A DNA stretch of 42,955 bases from Actinomycetes bacterium (GTDB lineage Bacteria > Actinomycetota > Acidimicrobiia > Spongiisociales > UBA5794). A model generated the notes under the pieces. That model had not been told where the DNA came from and did not search any database. It saw only the letters and a program-made list of their open reading frames with translations. The stretch spans positions 1 to 42,955 of the forward strand of contig JAMBLH010000023.1 of assembly GCA_023336875.1 (NCBI GenBank). Reading direction: 5' to 3'. Shown here piece by piece: positions 8,413 to 18,262 of the stretch; the first letter of the stretch is position 1; each line of letters opens with the position of its first letter. The position numbers and the translations under genes are program-made.

Positions 8413-9177
8413 CTATCCGGACTTGAGTACTGCCAACGATTCCGGGAGCTGGACGAACCCCTCGGTCTCGTAGAGGCCGATCGCTGACGTGTTGTCGAAT
8501 TGCGTGTTCAACAGGATGGCCCTCGAACCCTGACGCCTGGCGCTTCTACTGGCTGCCCGTACGAGGCTGCGGCCCATCCCCTGGCCCTGCCAGTCGGGAT
8601 GAACTGCAACACGTTGGAGATAGGAGATCGCATGGCCGTAGCCAACGACGGCGAACCCCGCAAGACCCTGGTCGCCGTCCCTTATCACGAGGACACTCGA
8701 CTTGGAGGTTGCCTGGGTCGATTCCGCAAGCGCAAGGTCGTCGAATCTCCAGAACGCGGGAAAGGCGACGCGGTCGATCTCGAGCATTGCGACAAGGTCA
8801 GGTTCGGCATCGCGCACCACGAGATGTCGGGGAGCGTCAATCGGTTCGTCGAGACCAAGCCGCATGAGAGCTAGATCGATGTAGTCGGTAAACCCAGCGG
8901 ATTCCCATGGCTTCCTGGCGGAGCGTGACAGCGGCGTTGACAGGATGGCAGGTGCGCCAGCGAGTTTCAGCTTCTCCACACACGCTCCGATGAAGCCGCT
9001 TCCTCCGCGAATGACGCGAAGCGATGCGTCGTCAACGCTTGAGTTCCAGGGCCGAGCCTCTGCTCTGGCCCATCCACGGCGAAGCGAAACAGAACCTGGC
9101 CAGGTTCCACGTTGAAAAACTCGATGCGGTGTGTCTACTAGTGCCAAGACCTCTCCGTGGGTCGCGCCACGCGCCAA
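8413..9177 (-). CDS. GNAT family N-acetyltransferase
   Basis: C-terminal acetyl-CoA motif VHPDWQGQGMGRSLV and FYETEGF-like tail (LYETEGF). The N-terminal boundary is uncertain. Confidence 0.7.
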   Translation of the reverse strand: MARGATHGEVLALVDTPHRVFQRGTWPGSVSLRRGWARAEARPWNSSVDDASLRVIRGGSGFIGACVEKLKLAGAPAILSTPLSRSARKPWESAGFTDYIDLALMRLGLDEPIDAPRHLVVRDAEPDLVAMLEIDRVAFPAFWRFDDLALAESTQATSKSSVLVIRDGDQGLAGFAVVGYGHAISYLQRVAVHPDWQGQGMGRSLVRAASRSARRQGSRAILLNTQFDNTSAIGLYETEGFVQLPESLAVLKSG

Positions 9178-9224
9178 CAGGGTAACCGCGATTCGTGGGG
9201 GTCAGGTGCATGGGACAATTCAGG

Positions 9225-10238
9225 ATGTCCATTCTGCTCGTAACCCATGAATCAAGTAACGCCCACGTCACTCCATCTGGCCATCCTGAGAAAGTCGATC
9301 GACTCATTCCCGTCATTGACGGAGTGCGCGCTGCGTCTACCGAGATAGTTGATCTCGAGGCGCCCGCGGTGGATCGCAGCGTCCTTGAGTTGGTTCACGC
9401 ACGCGAGTACATCGATGAGTTGGCCGATTTCTGCGCACTGGGTGGAGGCGGCTTGGATCCCGACACATACGTCGCACCTGCATCGTTCAATGCAGCCATG
9501 CACGCGGCTGGTGCTGGCCCTGCCGCGGTGGAGTCGCTCACTGGAAGCGACGTCAATGCAGGATTTGTTGTGGTGCGACCTCCTGGCCACCACGCGCTCC
9601 GAGCTCGTGCAATGGGGTTCTGCCTCTTCAACAATATTGCGATCACCGCCGCGTACCTGAGGCAGCGTGGAGATAGGGTCGCGATTGTCGACTGGGATGT
9701 ACATCACGGGAACGGAACCCAGGAGACTTTCTATGGAGATCCGGATGTCCTGTACGTCTCCGTCCACGAGTTCCCCTTGTATCCGGGGACAGGTTGGATC
9801 GGCGAGAGTGGTGCAGGGAGCGGCGTGGGCACCACAGTGAACGTTCCCCTGCCGGGTGGTACGACCGCAGACTCCTATCTGGCTGCTTTCGCTCGGATAG
9901 TCCTGCCGGTTCTCGAGGAGTTCTCCCCGGACTGGATACTCATCAGCAACGGATATGACGCGCATCGCCTCGACCCCCTCGGCGGCCTGCTGCTGGAGTC
10001 GGAGCACTATGGATGGCTTGCAAAGTCGATTTCGGACCTGCTGCCCACACGGAACGTGATCGCGTTTCTTGAGGGTGGATATGACCTCAGAGCCCTCAGG
10101 GAATCCTCCACCACAACAGTTGATGGGCTCACAGGGCACGTCGCTGAGTTCGACTTGCCCGAAACTGTCTCCGGTGCGGCAATTCGAATGGTAGATCTTG
10201 CCATTGAATCTCTCTCCCCGTACTGGGAACTTCGTTAA
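9225..10238 (+). CDS. Histone deacetylase-family (AcuC/HDAC class) deacetylase
   Basis: RPPGHHA, GFCLFNN and DWDVHHGNGTQ motifs. ATG 9225 starts at MSILLVTHE. Confidence 0.85.
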   Translation: MSILLVTHESSNAHVTPSGHPEKVDRLIPVIDGVRAASTEIVDLEAPAVDRSVLELVHAREYIDELADFCALGGGGLDPDTYVAPASFNAAMHAAGAGPAAVESLTGSDVNAGFVVVRPPGHHALRARAMGFCLFNNIAITAAYLRQRGDRVAIVDWDVHHGNGTQETFYGDPDVLYVSVHEFPLYPGTGWIGESGAGSGVGTTVNVPLPGGTTADSYLAAFARIVLPVLEEFSPDWILISNGYDAHRLDPLGGLLLESEHYGWLAKSISDLLPTRNVIAFLEGGYDLRALRESSTTTVDGLTGHVAEFDLPETVSGAAIRMVDLAIESLSPYWELR

Positions 10239-10298
10239 GGAGTTGAGCTCTGCGTCCGATATCGGTTGAGGACACCATGCGTATTTCGGGAGTAGAAC

Positions 10299-11390
10299 GT
10301 GACAGATTCGACAACGAGCCTCGACGAGCTCCTCGAAAAACTCGTCTCGCTCGAAGGGTCTGATCTACACCTCAAGGTCGGTTCGCCGCCCGCCTACCGG
10401 ATCGATGGCCTGCTGCATCCCGCGGAGCTGACCCCGCTCTCCGCGGAGGATACGCACAGTCTCCTGCTGGGCCTTCTGCCTGATCGGTCAGAGGGCTCCA
10501 TCGATGATCTAACCGACATCGACTTTGCCTACGGGCGAGCAGGTCTTGGCCGATTCCGTGTCAACGCGTATCGGCAACGGGGGTCCGTGAACATTGTCGT
10601 ACGATCAGTCGCCCCTGCGGCAAAGTCCCTCGCCGATCTCGGTCTGCCGACGGCAGTTGCGGATTCGTGCGAGGAGTCGAGTGGGTTGATCATCGTCACC
10701 GGCCCGACAGGTTCAGGCAAGACGACAACCTGTGCTGCAATGATCGACCACATCAACAACTCGCGCAGAAACACGATCGTGACGATCGAGGACCCAATAG
10801 AGGTTCTTCACAGGGACAAGAAATCGATCATCAGCCAACGCGAGGTCGGAGTGGATACCCCATCGTTCACTGAGGGCGCGTATGCGGCTCTTCGACAGGA
10901 CCCTGACGTCATCTACGTCGGTGAACTCCGCGATCGGGACACCATAGAGGCCGCTCTTGTGGCGGCCGAGACCGGCCATCTGGTGATCACGACGATGTAC
11001 ACACTCGATGCAATGGAGACCATTCGAAGAATTCTCGACTCTTTCCCCCCCTACCTGGAGCGCCGCACACGCCAGATGCTCGCCACGACTCTGAGCGCCA
11101 TTGTTTCGCAGCGGCTAATCACGCAGGCTGACGGAAATGGGCGGGTCGTAGTAGCTGAAATCCTCGTCAATACCGAAGCCATTCAAGAACGGCTGATCGA
11201 CCCCGAGCAGACGGACGATGTGCTGGAAGTGATGATCGAAGGTGCCTTCTACGGGATGCAAACCCTTGATCAGGCGATCACCAAGAAGTATCAATCTGCT
11301 GACTTAGCATTCGCCGACGCTCTTATGCATGTGACCGCCCCGAGGGACTTCAAGATCGCGGCCGGCGTCGGCCAGGCCGCAGCGAGCTGA
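10299..11390 (+). CDS. pilT: PilT-type type IV pilus retraction ATPase
   Basis: 363 aa. GSDLHL N-terminal motif, Walker A GPTGSGKTT, Asp/His boxes (IVTIEDPIE, LRQDPDVIYVGELRD, TGHLVITTMYT). GTG start. Confidence 0.85.
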   Translation: MTDSTTSLDELLEKLVSLEGSDLHLKVGSPPAYRIDGLLHPAELTPLSAEDTHSLLLGLLPDRSEGSIDDLTDIDFAYGRAGLGRFRVNAYRQRGSVNIVVRSVAPAAKSLADLGLPTAVADSCEESSGLIIVTGPTGSGKTTTCAAMIDHINNSRRNTIVTIEDPIEVLHRDKKSIISQREVGVDTPSFTEGAYAALRQDPDVIYVGELRDRDTIEAALVAAETGHLVITTMYTLDAMETIRRILDSFPPYLERRTRQMLATTLSAIVSQRLITQADGNGRVVVAEILVNTEAIQERLIDPEQTDDVLEVMIEGAFYGMQTLDQAITKKYQSADLAFADALMHVTAPRDFKIAAGVGQAAAS

Positions 11391-11440
11391 TACAAGGCAG
11401 CTGAGAGCCGAACAGCTGGCACAGGACGCGCTGTCCCGTC

Positions 11441-12067
11441 GTGAATCTTCCTACTCTGTCGGCCATGCCCGAATTCGAATGTCGCGACTGTGGCACGTCC
11501 TTCACGTTGCCCGAGTCGATACTCAAGAGATATCCCGGTTGGACGCCTCGCCAATGCCGCGACTGCAGGAGTGGCGAGAGTTCCAATCAGTCCCGGAGTG
11601 AATCCGAGATCGGGTCGTCGGGTGGCGGCCCGAGGACTGGCGTGTTCACCGATGGAAGTTCGTCTCCGAATCCAGGACCAGGAGGCTGGGGCGCCGTGTA
11701 TGTGAAGGAGAACGAGATCATTGACGAGGCGTACGGATATGGTGGAGAGACCACGAACAACCGCATGGAACTCCTTGCGCTGATCGAGGCGGCGAGCCTC
11801 GTGCCAGAAGGCACGCCAGCCACTGTCTATTCCGATTCGAATCTGGCAGTGAGAACCATCAACGAATGGGCAGCTGGCTGGGAGAAGAAGGGGTGGCGGC
11901 GCAAGAGTGGGCCTGTGCAGAATCTTGATCTCGTCAAGGAGGCATACCGGGTCTACAGGCAGCGTCCCAATCTCGACGTCACCTGGATCAAGGCACATGT
12001 CGGCTTTAGATGGAATGAGTACGCCGACGAGCTGGCCAACAGAGGAAGGCTTGAGGGCTCGAGATGA
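11441..12067 (+). CDS. rnhA: Ribonuclease HI with an N-terminal CxxC...CxxC zinc-ribbon-like extension
   Basis: RNase H core with FTDGSSSPNPGPGGWGAV, TNNRMEL, YSDS and NEYADELA. The N-terminal ~45 aa carries ECRDCG...QCRDCRSG. Start is GTG 11441 or ATG 11465. Confidence 0.85.
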   Translation: MNLPTLSAMPEFECRDCGTSFTLPESILKRYPGWTPRQCRDCRSGESSNQSRSESEIGSSGGGPRTGVFTDGSSSPNPGPGGWGAVYVKENEIIDEAYGYGGETTNNRMELLALIEAASLVPEGTPATVYSDSNLAVRTINEWAAGWEKKGWRRKSGPVQNLDLVKEAYRVYRQRPNLDVTWIKAHVGFRWNEYADELANRGRLEGSR

Positions 12068-13446
12068 TCCCCGACCGCATGGCTGCAATGATGTCCGACG
12101 ATGTTGGCGAGCTTGCCGCGCTATTTGGTACAGAGGGCCACGTCCTGTATCTCGTCGGAGGATCCGTGAGGGACGCGCTCTTGGGGCGCGACAATGATGA
12201 TCTCGATTTCACGACCGATGCAAGACCAGACGATATCGAACGCATCGGAGCGGGATGGGCCAGTTCGGTGTATCTGGCAGGGAAGGCGTTTGGAACCATC
12301 GGCCTGGTGAAGAACCAGCATATCTACGAGATCACGACGTTCCGCTCCGAGATGTACCGCGACGATTCCCGTAAACCGGTCGTCTCCTTTGGCGATGACA
12401 TCGTCGAGGACCTCGCTCGGCGTGATTTCACGGTCAATGCCATGGCGATCAGGATTCCAACAAATCTTGGCGACGAGCCAGAGATGATCGATCCACACGG
12501 CGGCTTGCAGGACCTTGTGGCACAGGAGCTGCGGACACCCATGGACCCAGCCATCTCCTTTGGTGACGACCCGCTCAGGATGCTCCGGCTATTCCGATTC
12601 ATGTCCACGCTTGGCTTCACCTCGAGCGAGGATGCGCTCAGGGCAGTCGTGCAGCTCAAGGAACGGCTTCAGATCGTCTCGGCAGAGAGGATCCGCAACG
12701 AATTCGACAAGCTCATTGTGGGCGATCATGTCGTTGGTGCCCTCGAGGCACTCGTCGACAGCGGTCTGGCAAATGAATTCATCCCTGAGCTGCCTGCCCT
12801 CGCCGTGGAACAAGATCCCATCCACAAACACAAGGACGTTCTTGCTCACACGATTGCGGTGGTTGGCAAGTCTCGTCCAAGGCTTCGACTGAGGCTTGCC
12901 GCATTGTTTCACGACATCGGGAAGCCAGCTACGAGGGAGTTCGGAAAGGGCGGAGTGTCGTTCCACCACCACGAGGTCGTTGGTGCCCGCATGACGCGTA
13001 TTCGCATGAACGAATTGCGGTATCCCAAGGACATGATCAAGGACACATCACAGCTCGTGTTTCTGCACATGCGTCCCCACACCTACAAGATGGGTTGGAC
13101 CGATTCGGCGGTTCGTCGTTATGTGCGAGACGCCGGCGCTCTGCTTGAGGACCTCAACGAGTTGGTCCGATGCGATGTGACCACGAGGAATGAGCGTCGA
13201 GCGCGCACCATCTCGAAACGCATCGACGATCTCGAGGAGCGGATCTCTGAGCTTGCGGCGAAGGAGGAGCTCGACAGTCTGCGTCCACCTATTGACGGCA
13301 ACGATGTCATGCAGCATCTGGGATTGAAGCCATCGCGTCAGGTTGGCGAGATCATGAACATGTTGCTCGAGCACCGCATTGAGGAGGGCCCCTTCACGAA
13401 AGCGGAGGCATATGCGATCCTGGACGACTGGGCAGCTTCGCGATAG
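12064..13446 (+). CDS. CCA tRNA nucleotidyltransferase / poly(A) polymerase family protein with HD domain
   Basis: GGSVRDALLGR...DLDF nucleotidyltransferase head and HD motif LFHDIGKP. The start overlaps the rnhA stop (ATGA). Confidence 0.85.
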   Translation: MIPDRMAAMMSDDVGELAALFGTEGHVLYLVGGSVRDALLGRDNDDLDFTTDARPDDIERIGAGWASSVYLAGKAFGTIGLVKNQHIYEITTFRSEMYRDDSRKPVVSFGDDIVEDLARRDFTVNAMAIRIPTNLGDEPEMIDPHGGLQDLVAQELRTPMDPAISFGDDPLRMLRLFRFMSTLGFTSSEDALRAVVQLKERLQIVSAERIRNEFDKLIVGDHVVGALEALVDSGLANEFIPELPALAVEQDPIHKHKDVLAHTIAVVGKSRPRLRLRLAALFHDIGKPATREFGKGGVSFHHHEVVGARMTRIRMNELRYPKDMIKDTSQLVFLHMRPHTYKMGWTDSAVRRYVRDAGALLEDLNELVRCDVTTRNERRARTISKRIDDLEERISELAAKEELDSLRPPIDGNDVMQHLGLKPSRQVGEIMNMLLEHRIEEGPFTKAEAYAILDDWAASR

Positions 13447-13464
13447 GTCTTTCCTGACCTCTTC

Positions 13465-13498
13465 TATGCACTTATTGTTGCATATGCGTATACTGAAT
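13465..13498. promoter_or_regulatory. Putative ArgR operator plus -10 element for a leaderless argC transcript
   Basis: AT-rich patch with ATGCA (13466-13470), TGCAT (13479-13483), ATGC (13484-13487) and TGAAT (13494-13498). TATGCA-N8-TGCATA is a perfect inverted repeat. TATACT (13489-13494) lies 6 nt before the argC ATG. Confidence 0.45.
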
Positions 13499-13500
13499 GG

Positions 13501-14529
13501 ATGTACTCCGTCGCAATTCTCGGTGCCTCCGGCTATGCCGGTGGCGAACTGATCAGATTCGTCGACAACCATCCTGGTTTCGAGGTGTCCTTCCTCGGCG
13601 CACACCGGAGCGCGGGGGAGACGCTCGGTGCAGTGCATCCACAGCTATCGGGCGGAGATAGAGCACTCGAGGCATTCGATCTCGAGAGGGTTTCTGAGAC
13701 CGACCTGGTCTTCATGGCTCTACCCCATGGCGCTTCGGGCGAACCCGCCATGCAGCTCGCAGGCAGCGGGTCGAAGATTGTTGATCTGGGGAGCGACTTC
13801 AGACTTGACACGCCGGAGAGGTATCTCGAGGCATATGGCCAGGATCACCCGTACCCGGAGGAACTCGGAAAGTGGGTGTATGGGATTCCTGAACTTTTCC
13901 GTGACTCGATTGCGCCCAGTGATCGGGTGGCAGTGCCAGGGTGTTATCCAACCTCTGCGATCATTCCGCTCGTTCCACTTATCGATGCACGGCTCATCGA
14001 AACCAGAGGCATTGTGGTGGATTCGATGTCTGGTGTGTCTGGCGCCGGTCGAGGCGTGTCAGGCTCGCTGCAGTACGGTGCGATCGATGAGTCCGTAAAG
14101 GCGTACAGTATGCTCACGCACCGGCATCGTCCCGAAATGGAACAAACACTCGACATGTTTGGTACCGCGCCCACATCGGTGTTGTTCACACCCCACCTTG
14201 TACCGATGCAGCGCGGTCTTCTCTCAACGATCTACGCAAGCGCTGCAACAGATACCTCCCTTGAGTCACTCACCGGTGCATTCGATGAACAGTATGTGGA
14301 CGCACTCTTCGTGAAACGAAGCGAAGCTCCGCCGGAGACTCGTTGGGTTGTTGGATCCAACAATCTCATGGTGTCGATCCACCTCGATGAACGGACGTCG
14401 ACGGTAGTCATCGTCTCGGCCATCGACAATCTCGTGAAGGGTGCAGCCGGTCAAGCTGTACAGAGCGCCAACCTGATGTTCGGATTCGGCGAATCCACTG
14501 GGCTGCCGAGCGAGGGGTGGATGCCGTGA
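13501..14529 (+). CDS. argC: N-acetyl-gamma-glutamyl-phosphate reductase
   Basis: GASGYAGGEL N-terminus and catalytic-Cys context VAVPGCYPT. 342 aa. Confidence 0.92.
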   Translation: MYSVAILGASGYAGGELIRFVDNHPGFEVSFLGAHRSAGETLGAVHPQLSGGDRALEAFDLERVSETDLVFMALPHGASGEPAMQLAGSGSKIVDLGSDFRLDTPERYLEAYGQDHPYPEELGKWVYGIPELFRDSIAPSDRVAVPGCYPTSAIIPLVPLIDARLIETRGIVVDSMSGVSGAGRGVSGSLQYGAIDESVKAYSMLTHRHRPEMEQTLDMFGTAPTSVLFTPHLVPMQRGLLSTIYASAATDTSLESLTGAFDEQYVDALFVKRSEAPPETRWVVGSNNLMVSIHLDERTSTVVIVSAIDNLVKGAAGQAVQSANLMFGFGESTGLPSEGWMP

Positions 14530-15686
14530 GTGTCACCGCTGCCATCGGATTCTCAGCTGCGGGTGTTGCTGCCGGGATCAAACCCGATGCTCTCGATGTC
14601 GCAGTGATCGTCGCCGACGCGCCAAGTCCGACGGCTGGAGTGTTCACATTGAATCAGGCAGCAGCCGCCCCGGTCGTCCTTGATAGGGAGAGCCTTGGAC
14701 GCAGCGCACTCAAACGTGGCATCGTGATCAACTCCGGTTGTGCAAACGCGGCAACGGGGGACCAGGGCATTGCAAATGGTGTGGCGATGGCAGGGACACT
14801 CGCAGACCAGATCGGGTGCGAACGGGGTGATGTGCTCGTGAGTTCAACTGGGACGATCGGACCCCAGCTACCGATGGATCTGGTTCTCCCAGGTATCAGA
14901 TCCGCAGCATCTCGGCGCTCACCAACTGAGGAGTCGGCAACGCTTGCTGCCAGAGCCATATTGACGACCGATTCCGTTGTGAAGCAGTCCGTTGTCCGGA
15001 GCAATGGCTGGGTTGTGGGAGGCATGTCGAAGGGATCTGGCATGGTTCGGCCGAACATGGCAACGATGCTGGCGTTCCTCACCACCGATGCTCTCGTTGA
15101 GCCCACGGTTCTCAATGACATTCTCAGGGCCGCAGTAGAAGTGTCATTCAACTCTTTGAACATCGATGGCTGCGAATCCACAAACGACTCCGTCATTGCC
15201 ATGGCTTCAGGAGCCTCACACATTGTTCCCGACCATGACGAGTTCGCAGCGGCAATGGAAGAGGTATGTCGTGACCTTGCACTCCAGATGGCAGCCGATG
15301 CTGAGGGCACATCACGAGTCGTGACAATCAACCTGACTGGGGGAGCCGACGACGCGGACTCCAGGGCACTGGGGCGCACCGTGGCTGATTCGGCGCTCGT
15401 GAGATCCTCCTTCTATGGGGGAGACGTGAATTGGGGGAGAATCCTTGGAGCTCTCGGCACCTCGGCCATCGATATCGATCCGGGAAGGATCACTGTCGAG
15501 TACGAGGGAGTAGTCGTCTTCGAGCGAGGCATGGGCGCGGGATTCGACGAGGCAGCTTTGCTTGAGACGATCGAGACAGGCGATTTCTCGATCACCATTG
15601 ACATGGGTAGCGGCGACGGCCGGGCGCGTGTCGTCACAACCGATCTCACGCCGGAGTACGTGGCGTTCAACGGAGAACGATCATGA
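14526..15686 (+). CDS. argJ: Bifunctional ornithine acetyltransferase / N-acetylglutamate synthase
   Basis: VSVTAAIGFSAAGV N-terminus typical of ArgJ, and autoprocessing site ATMLAFLTTDA. GTG 14526 overlaps the argC stop (GTGA); GTG 14517 is an alternative start. Confidence 0.9.
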   Translation: MSVTAAIGFSAAGVAAGIKPDALDVAVIVADAPSPTAGVFTLNQAAAAPVVLDRESLGRSALKRGIVINSGCANAATGDQGIANGVAMAGTLADQIGCERGDVLVSSTGTIGPQLPMDLVLPGIRSAASRRSPTEESATLAARAILTTDSVVKQSVVRSNGWVVGGMSKGSGMVRPNMATMLAFLTTDALVEPTVLNDILRAAVEVSFNSLNIDGCESTNDSVIAMASGASHIVPDHDEFAAAMEEVCRDLALQMAADAEGTSRVVTINLTGGADDADSRALGRTVADSALVRSSFYGGDVNWGRILGALGTSAIDIDPGRITVEYEGVVVFERGMGAGFDEAALLETIETGDFSITIDMGSGDGRARVVTTDLTPEYVAFNGERS

Positions 15687-16585
15687 CAGGGCATACGACA
15701 CCTCACGCAGCAAAACCCCGTATTGCGTCGACCATGGGCAAGGCGGGCATCTTCTCGGAGGCGCTGCCCTTCATCAGCCGTTTCAGGGGGTCCACCGTCG
15801 TCATCAAGTACGGCGGCTCGGCAATGGTCGACGATCTACTACGTGGCACATTCGCAGATGACGTCGCAATGCTCCACTACGTCGGGATCAAGCCTGTCAT
15901 CGTGCACGGCGGGGGCCCCCATATCTCGAAAGCCATGGGGCAACAGGGCATCGAACCACAATGGATCGAAGGTCTCAGAGTCACAGACGAACACACCATG
16001 AGAGTCGTCCAGGCCACTCTCGTAGGGGAGATCAACCCCGATATTGTCCGGCTCATCAACAACCACGGATCTGTTGCAGCGGGGATGTCAGGACTCGATG
16101 CCAATCTGTTCGTCGCCGAGCCCGAGGATCAACGGCTCGGTTTCGTGGGAAGAGTTACCAAAGTCAACACCGATCTCATCGAGGGTCTCCAGGATCAGGG
16201 ATATGTACCTGTGGTGGCACCCATTGCGCGCGGGGAGGACGGCGCCAGCTACAACGTCAACGCCGACGTAGCAGCGAGCGTTCTGGCAACTGCCCTTGGT
16301 GCCCGAAAGCTCGTGTACCTGACCGATGTCGAGGGCCTCTATCGAAATCTCGGCGACGATGACAGCCTCATCTCCAGGATCACAACTCCCGAGTTGGAGG
16401 AGCTCATCGAAGGCGGGTCCGTCTCTGCTGGAATGCTGCCGAAGCTCAGATCAGCCATCGATGCCGTGGATGGCGGCGTCGACCAGGTGCACATCCTCGA
16501 TGGCCGGATGCAGCACGCCCTGTTGTTGGAAATTTTTACGCCTGAAGGCATCGGAACGATGATCACGATGGAGACGAGACCGTGA
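15683..16585 (+). CDS. argB: Acetylglutamate kinase
   Basis: VVIKYGGSAM, VHGGGP and NVNAD motifs. ATGA overlap with argJ. Confidence 0.92.
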   Translation: MTGHTTPHAAKPRIASTMGKAGIFSEALPFISRFRGSTVVIKYGGSAMVDDLLRGTFADDVAMLHYVGIKPVIVHGGGPHISKAMGQQGIEPQWIEGLRVTDEHTMRVVQATLVGEINPDIVRLINNHGSVAAGMSGLDANLFVAEPEDQRLGFVGRVTKVNTDLIEGLQDQGYVPVVAPIARGEDGASYNVNADVAASVLATALGARKLVYLTDVEGLYRNLGDDDSLISRITTPELEELIEGGSVSAGMLPKLRSAIDAVDGGVDQVHILDGRMQHALLLEIFTPEGIGTMITMETRP

Positions 16586-17055
16586 GAGCCGACACCAACG
16601 CCAGACGACGTGAGGTCAGGAACCTTCTCGGCTCGGGAGACATCGCAAGTCAGGGCGATCTCCAGTCGTTGTTGGCGGACAAGGGATTCGATGTGACCCA
16701 GGCGACGATCTCTCGCGATCTCGACTCGGTGGGCGCAGAGCGCGTCAAGGACATCGGTGGCTTCAGATATCGAATATCACGGCATTCCGACACCGACAAC
16801 GAAGCCGTTGCAGCGTTGTTGGAGGCGGTAGACGAGTTCGTCGAGAGCATCGTCACCTCGGGCAGTCTCATCGTGCTGAAGGTCCCCCCAGGCGCCGCGC
16901 AGTTCGTTGCAAGCCGCATCGATGCCGCTGAGTTGAACGGTTCACTCGGAACGATTGCGGGAGACGACACCATCCTCATCGTCGCCGATGAGCAAGTGGG
17001 CGTCTCGGAACTTTCAAGAAGACTTACAGGAATGGAGCAAACCCATGGCAAGTGA
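16582..17055 (+). CDS. argR: Arginine repressor
   Basis: Winged-helix N-terminus with QATISRDL. C-terminal oligomerisation/arginine-binding part with [16 protein letters not shown] overlap with argB. Confidence 0.9.
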   Translation: MRADTNARRREVRNLLGSGDIASQGDLQSLLADKGFDVTQATISRDLDSVGAERVKDIGGFRYRISRHSDTDNEAVAALLEAVDEFVESIVTSGSLIVLKVPPGAAQFVASRIDAAELNGSLGTIAGDDTILIVADEQVGVSELSRRLTGMEQTHGK

Positions 17056-18262
17056 CATCAAGAAGGTCGTATTGGCGTACAGCGGTGGCCTCGACACCTC
17101 CATCATCCTCAAGTGGATCAAAGAGGAATACAACGCAGAGGTCGTTACGTACACAGCTGACGTTGGGCAGGGAGAAGAGGTGGAGGAGGCGCGGGTGAAA
17201 GCGCTCGAGACGGGCGCGACCGAGGCGATCTGTGAAGACCTCACGGAGGAGTTCGTGACCGATTACGTGTTCCCCGCTTTTCGAGCATCCTCGCTCTATG
17301 AGGGCTACTACCACATGGGCACTTCGCTTGCGCGACCGGTGATCTCAAAGGGTCTCGTACGTGCCGCGATCGACACCGGTGCCGATGCCATTGCACATGG
17401 TGCCACAGGCAAAGGAAACGACCAGGTGCGTTTCGAACTCTCGGCGTACGCTCTCAAGCCAGATATCAAGGTGATCGCACCATGGCGTGAGTGGGATCTT
17501 AAAGGCAGAGCCGACCTTGTGGCATACGCAGAGCGCCACGGCATTCCCGTCCCTGTTACGCCGGAGAAGCCGTACTCCACCGATGCCAATCTGCTTCACA
17601 TCTCGTACGAGGGAGGCGTCCTGGAGGACCCATGGACCTCTCCGCCTGAGAACATGTTCGCGATGACAGTGAGTCCCGAGGCCGCACCAGATGAAGCGGA
17701 ATTCGTGACGATCGGATACGAAGCAGGTGATCCCGTGTCAATCGACGGTGTGAGGATGTCTCCCGTTGAGATCCTCACGAGGACAAATGAGCTCGGAGGA
17801 AGGCATGGCATCGGGCGAGTGGACATTGTCGAGAACCGGTTCGTTGGAATGAAGAGCCGCGGCGTCTACGAGACACCCGGAGGCACTCTTCTCTATCACG
17901 CCCACCGAGCGGTTGAATCGTTGACGCTGGACCGTGAGGTCGCCCACCTGCGCGACGAGCTGTCCAACCGGTACGCCGAGATGGTGTACAACGGATTCTG
18001 GTTCGCCCCAGAGCGCGAGGCGCTCCAATCGTTCATGGACGACGTCCAGAAACCTGTAACAGGAGAGGCGAGGATGAAGCTGTACAAAGGGCAGGCGATC
18101 GTCGACGGGCGCCGTTCCGACACGCATGACCTATACGACGAGGCAACTGTGACCTTTGAGGCAGATGATGTATACAACCAATCAGACGCCGAGGGCTTTA
18201 TCCGCCTCCAATCCCTCCGACTCCGCACGTTCGCGGAGAAAAGGCTCGGCGAAGGTGAGTAA
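17045..18262 (+). CDS. argG: Argininosuccinate synthase
   Basis: [12 protein letters not shown]-binding motif and [17 protein letters not shown] 17045 overlaps the argR end by 11 nt. Confidence 0.93.
   Translation: MASDIKKVVLAYSGGLDTSIILKWIKEEYNAEVVTYTADVGQGEEVEEARVKALETGATEAICEDLTEEFVTDYVFPAFRASSLYEGYYHMGTSLARPVISKGLVRAAIDTGADAIAHGATGKGNDQVRFELSAYALKPDIKVIAPWREWDLKGRADLVAYAERHGIPVPVTPEKPYSTDANLLHISYEGGVLEDPWTSPPENMFAMTVSPEAAPDEAEFVTIGYEAGDPVSIDGVRMSPVEILTRTNELGGRHGIGRVDIVENRFVGMKSRGVYETPGGTLLYHAHRAVESLTLDREVAHLRDELSNRYAEMVYNGFWFAPEREALQSFMDDVQKPVTGEARMKLYKGQAIVDGRRSDTHDLYDEATVTFEADDVYNQSDAEGFIRLQSLRLRTFAEKRLGEGE

Noticed and set aside
9252-10139. 295-aa antisense ORF opposite the HDAC gene. 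Similar long antisense or shadow ORFs occur at 11291-12088, 14654-15379, 24257-24829, 25109-25801, 25573-26271 and 32758-33567.
   Set aside because: These are typical stop-poor shadow frames of GC-rich coding DNA. Their products are Arg/Pro/Ser-rich with no motifs, while the opposite-strand genes carry clear family signatures.
12903-12916. Additional parS sites: tgtttcacgacatc here, tgtttcacgcggatga at about 19334, cgtgaaac at about 8042 and 14311
   Set aside because: Only one half of the palindrome is present in each case. All lie inside coding sequence and are consistent with chance half-site matches.
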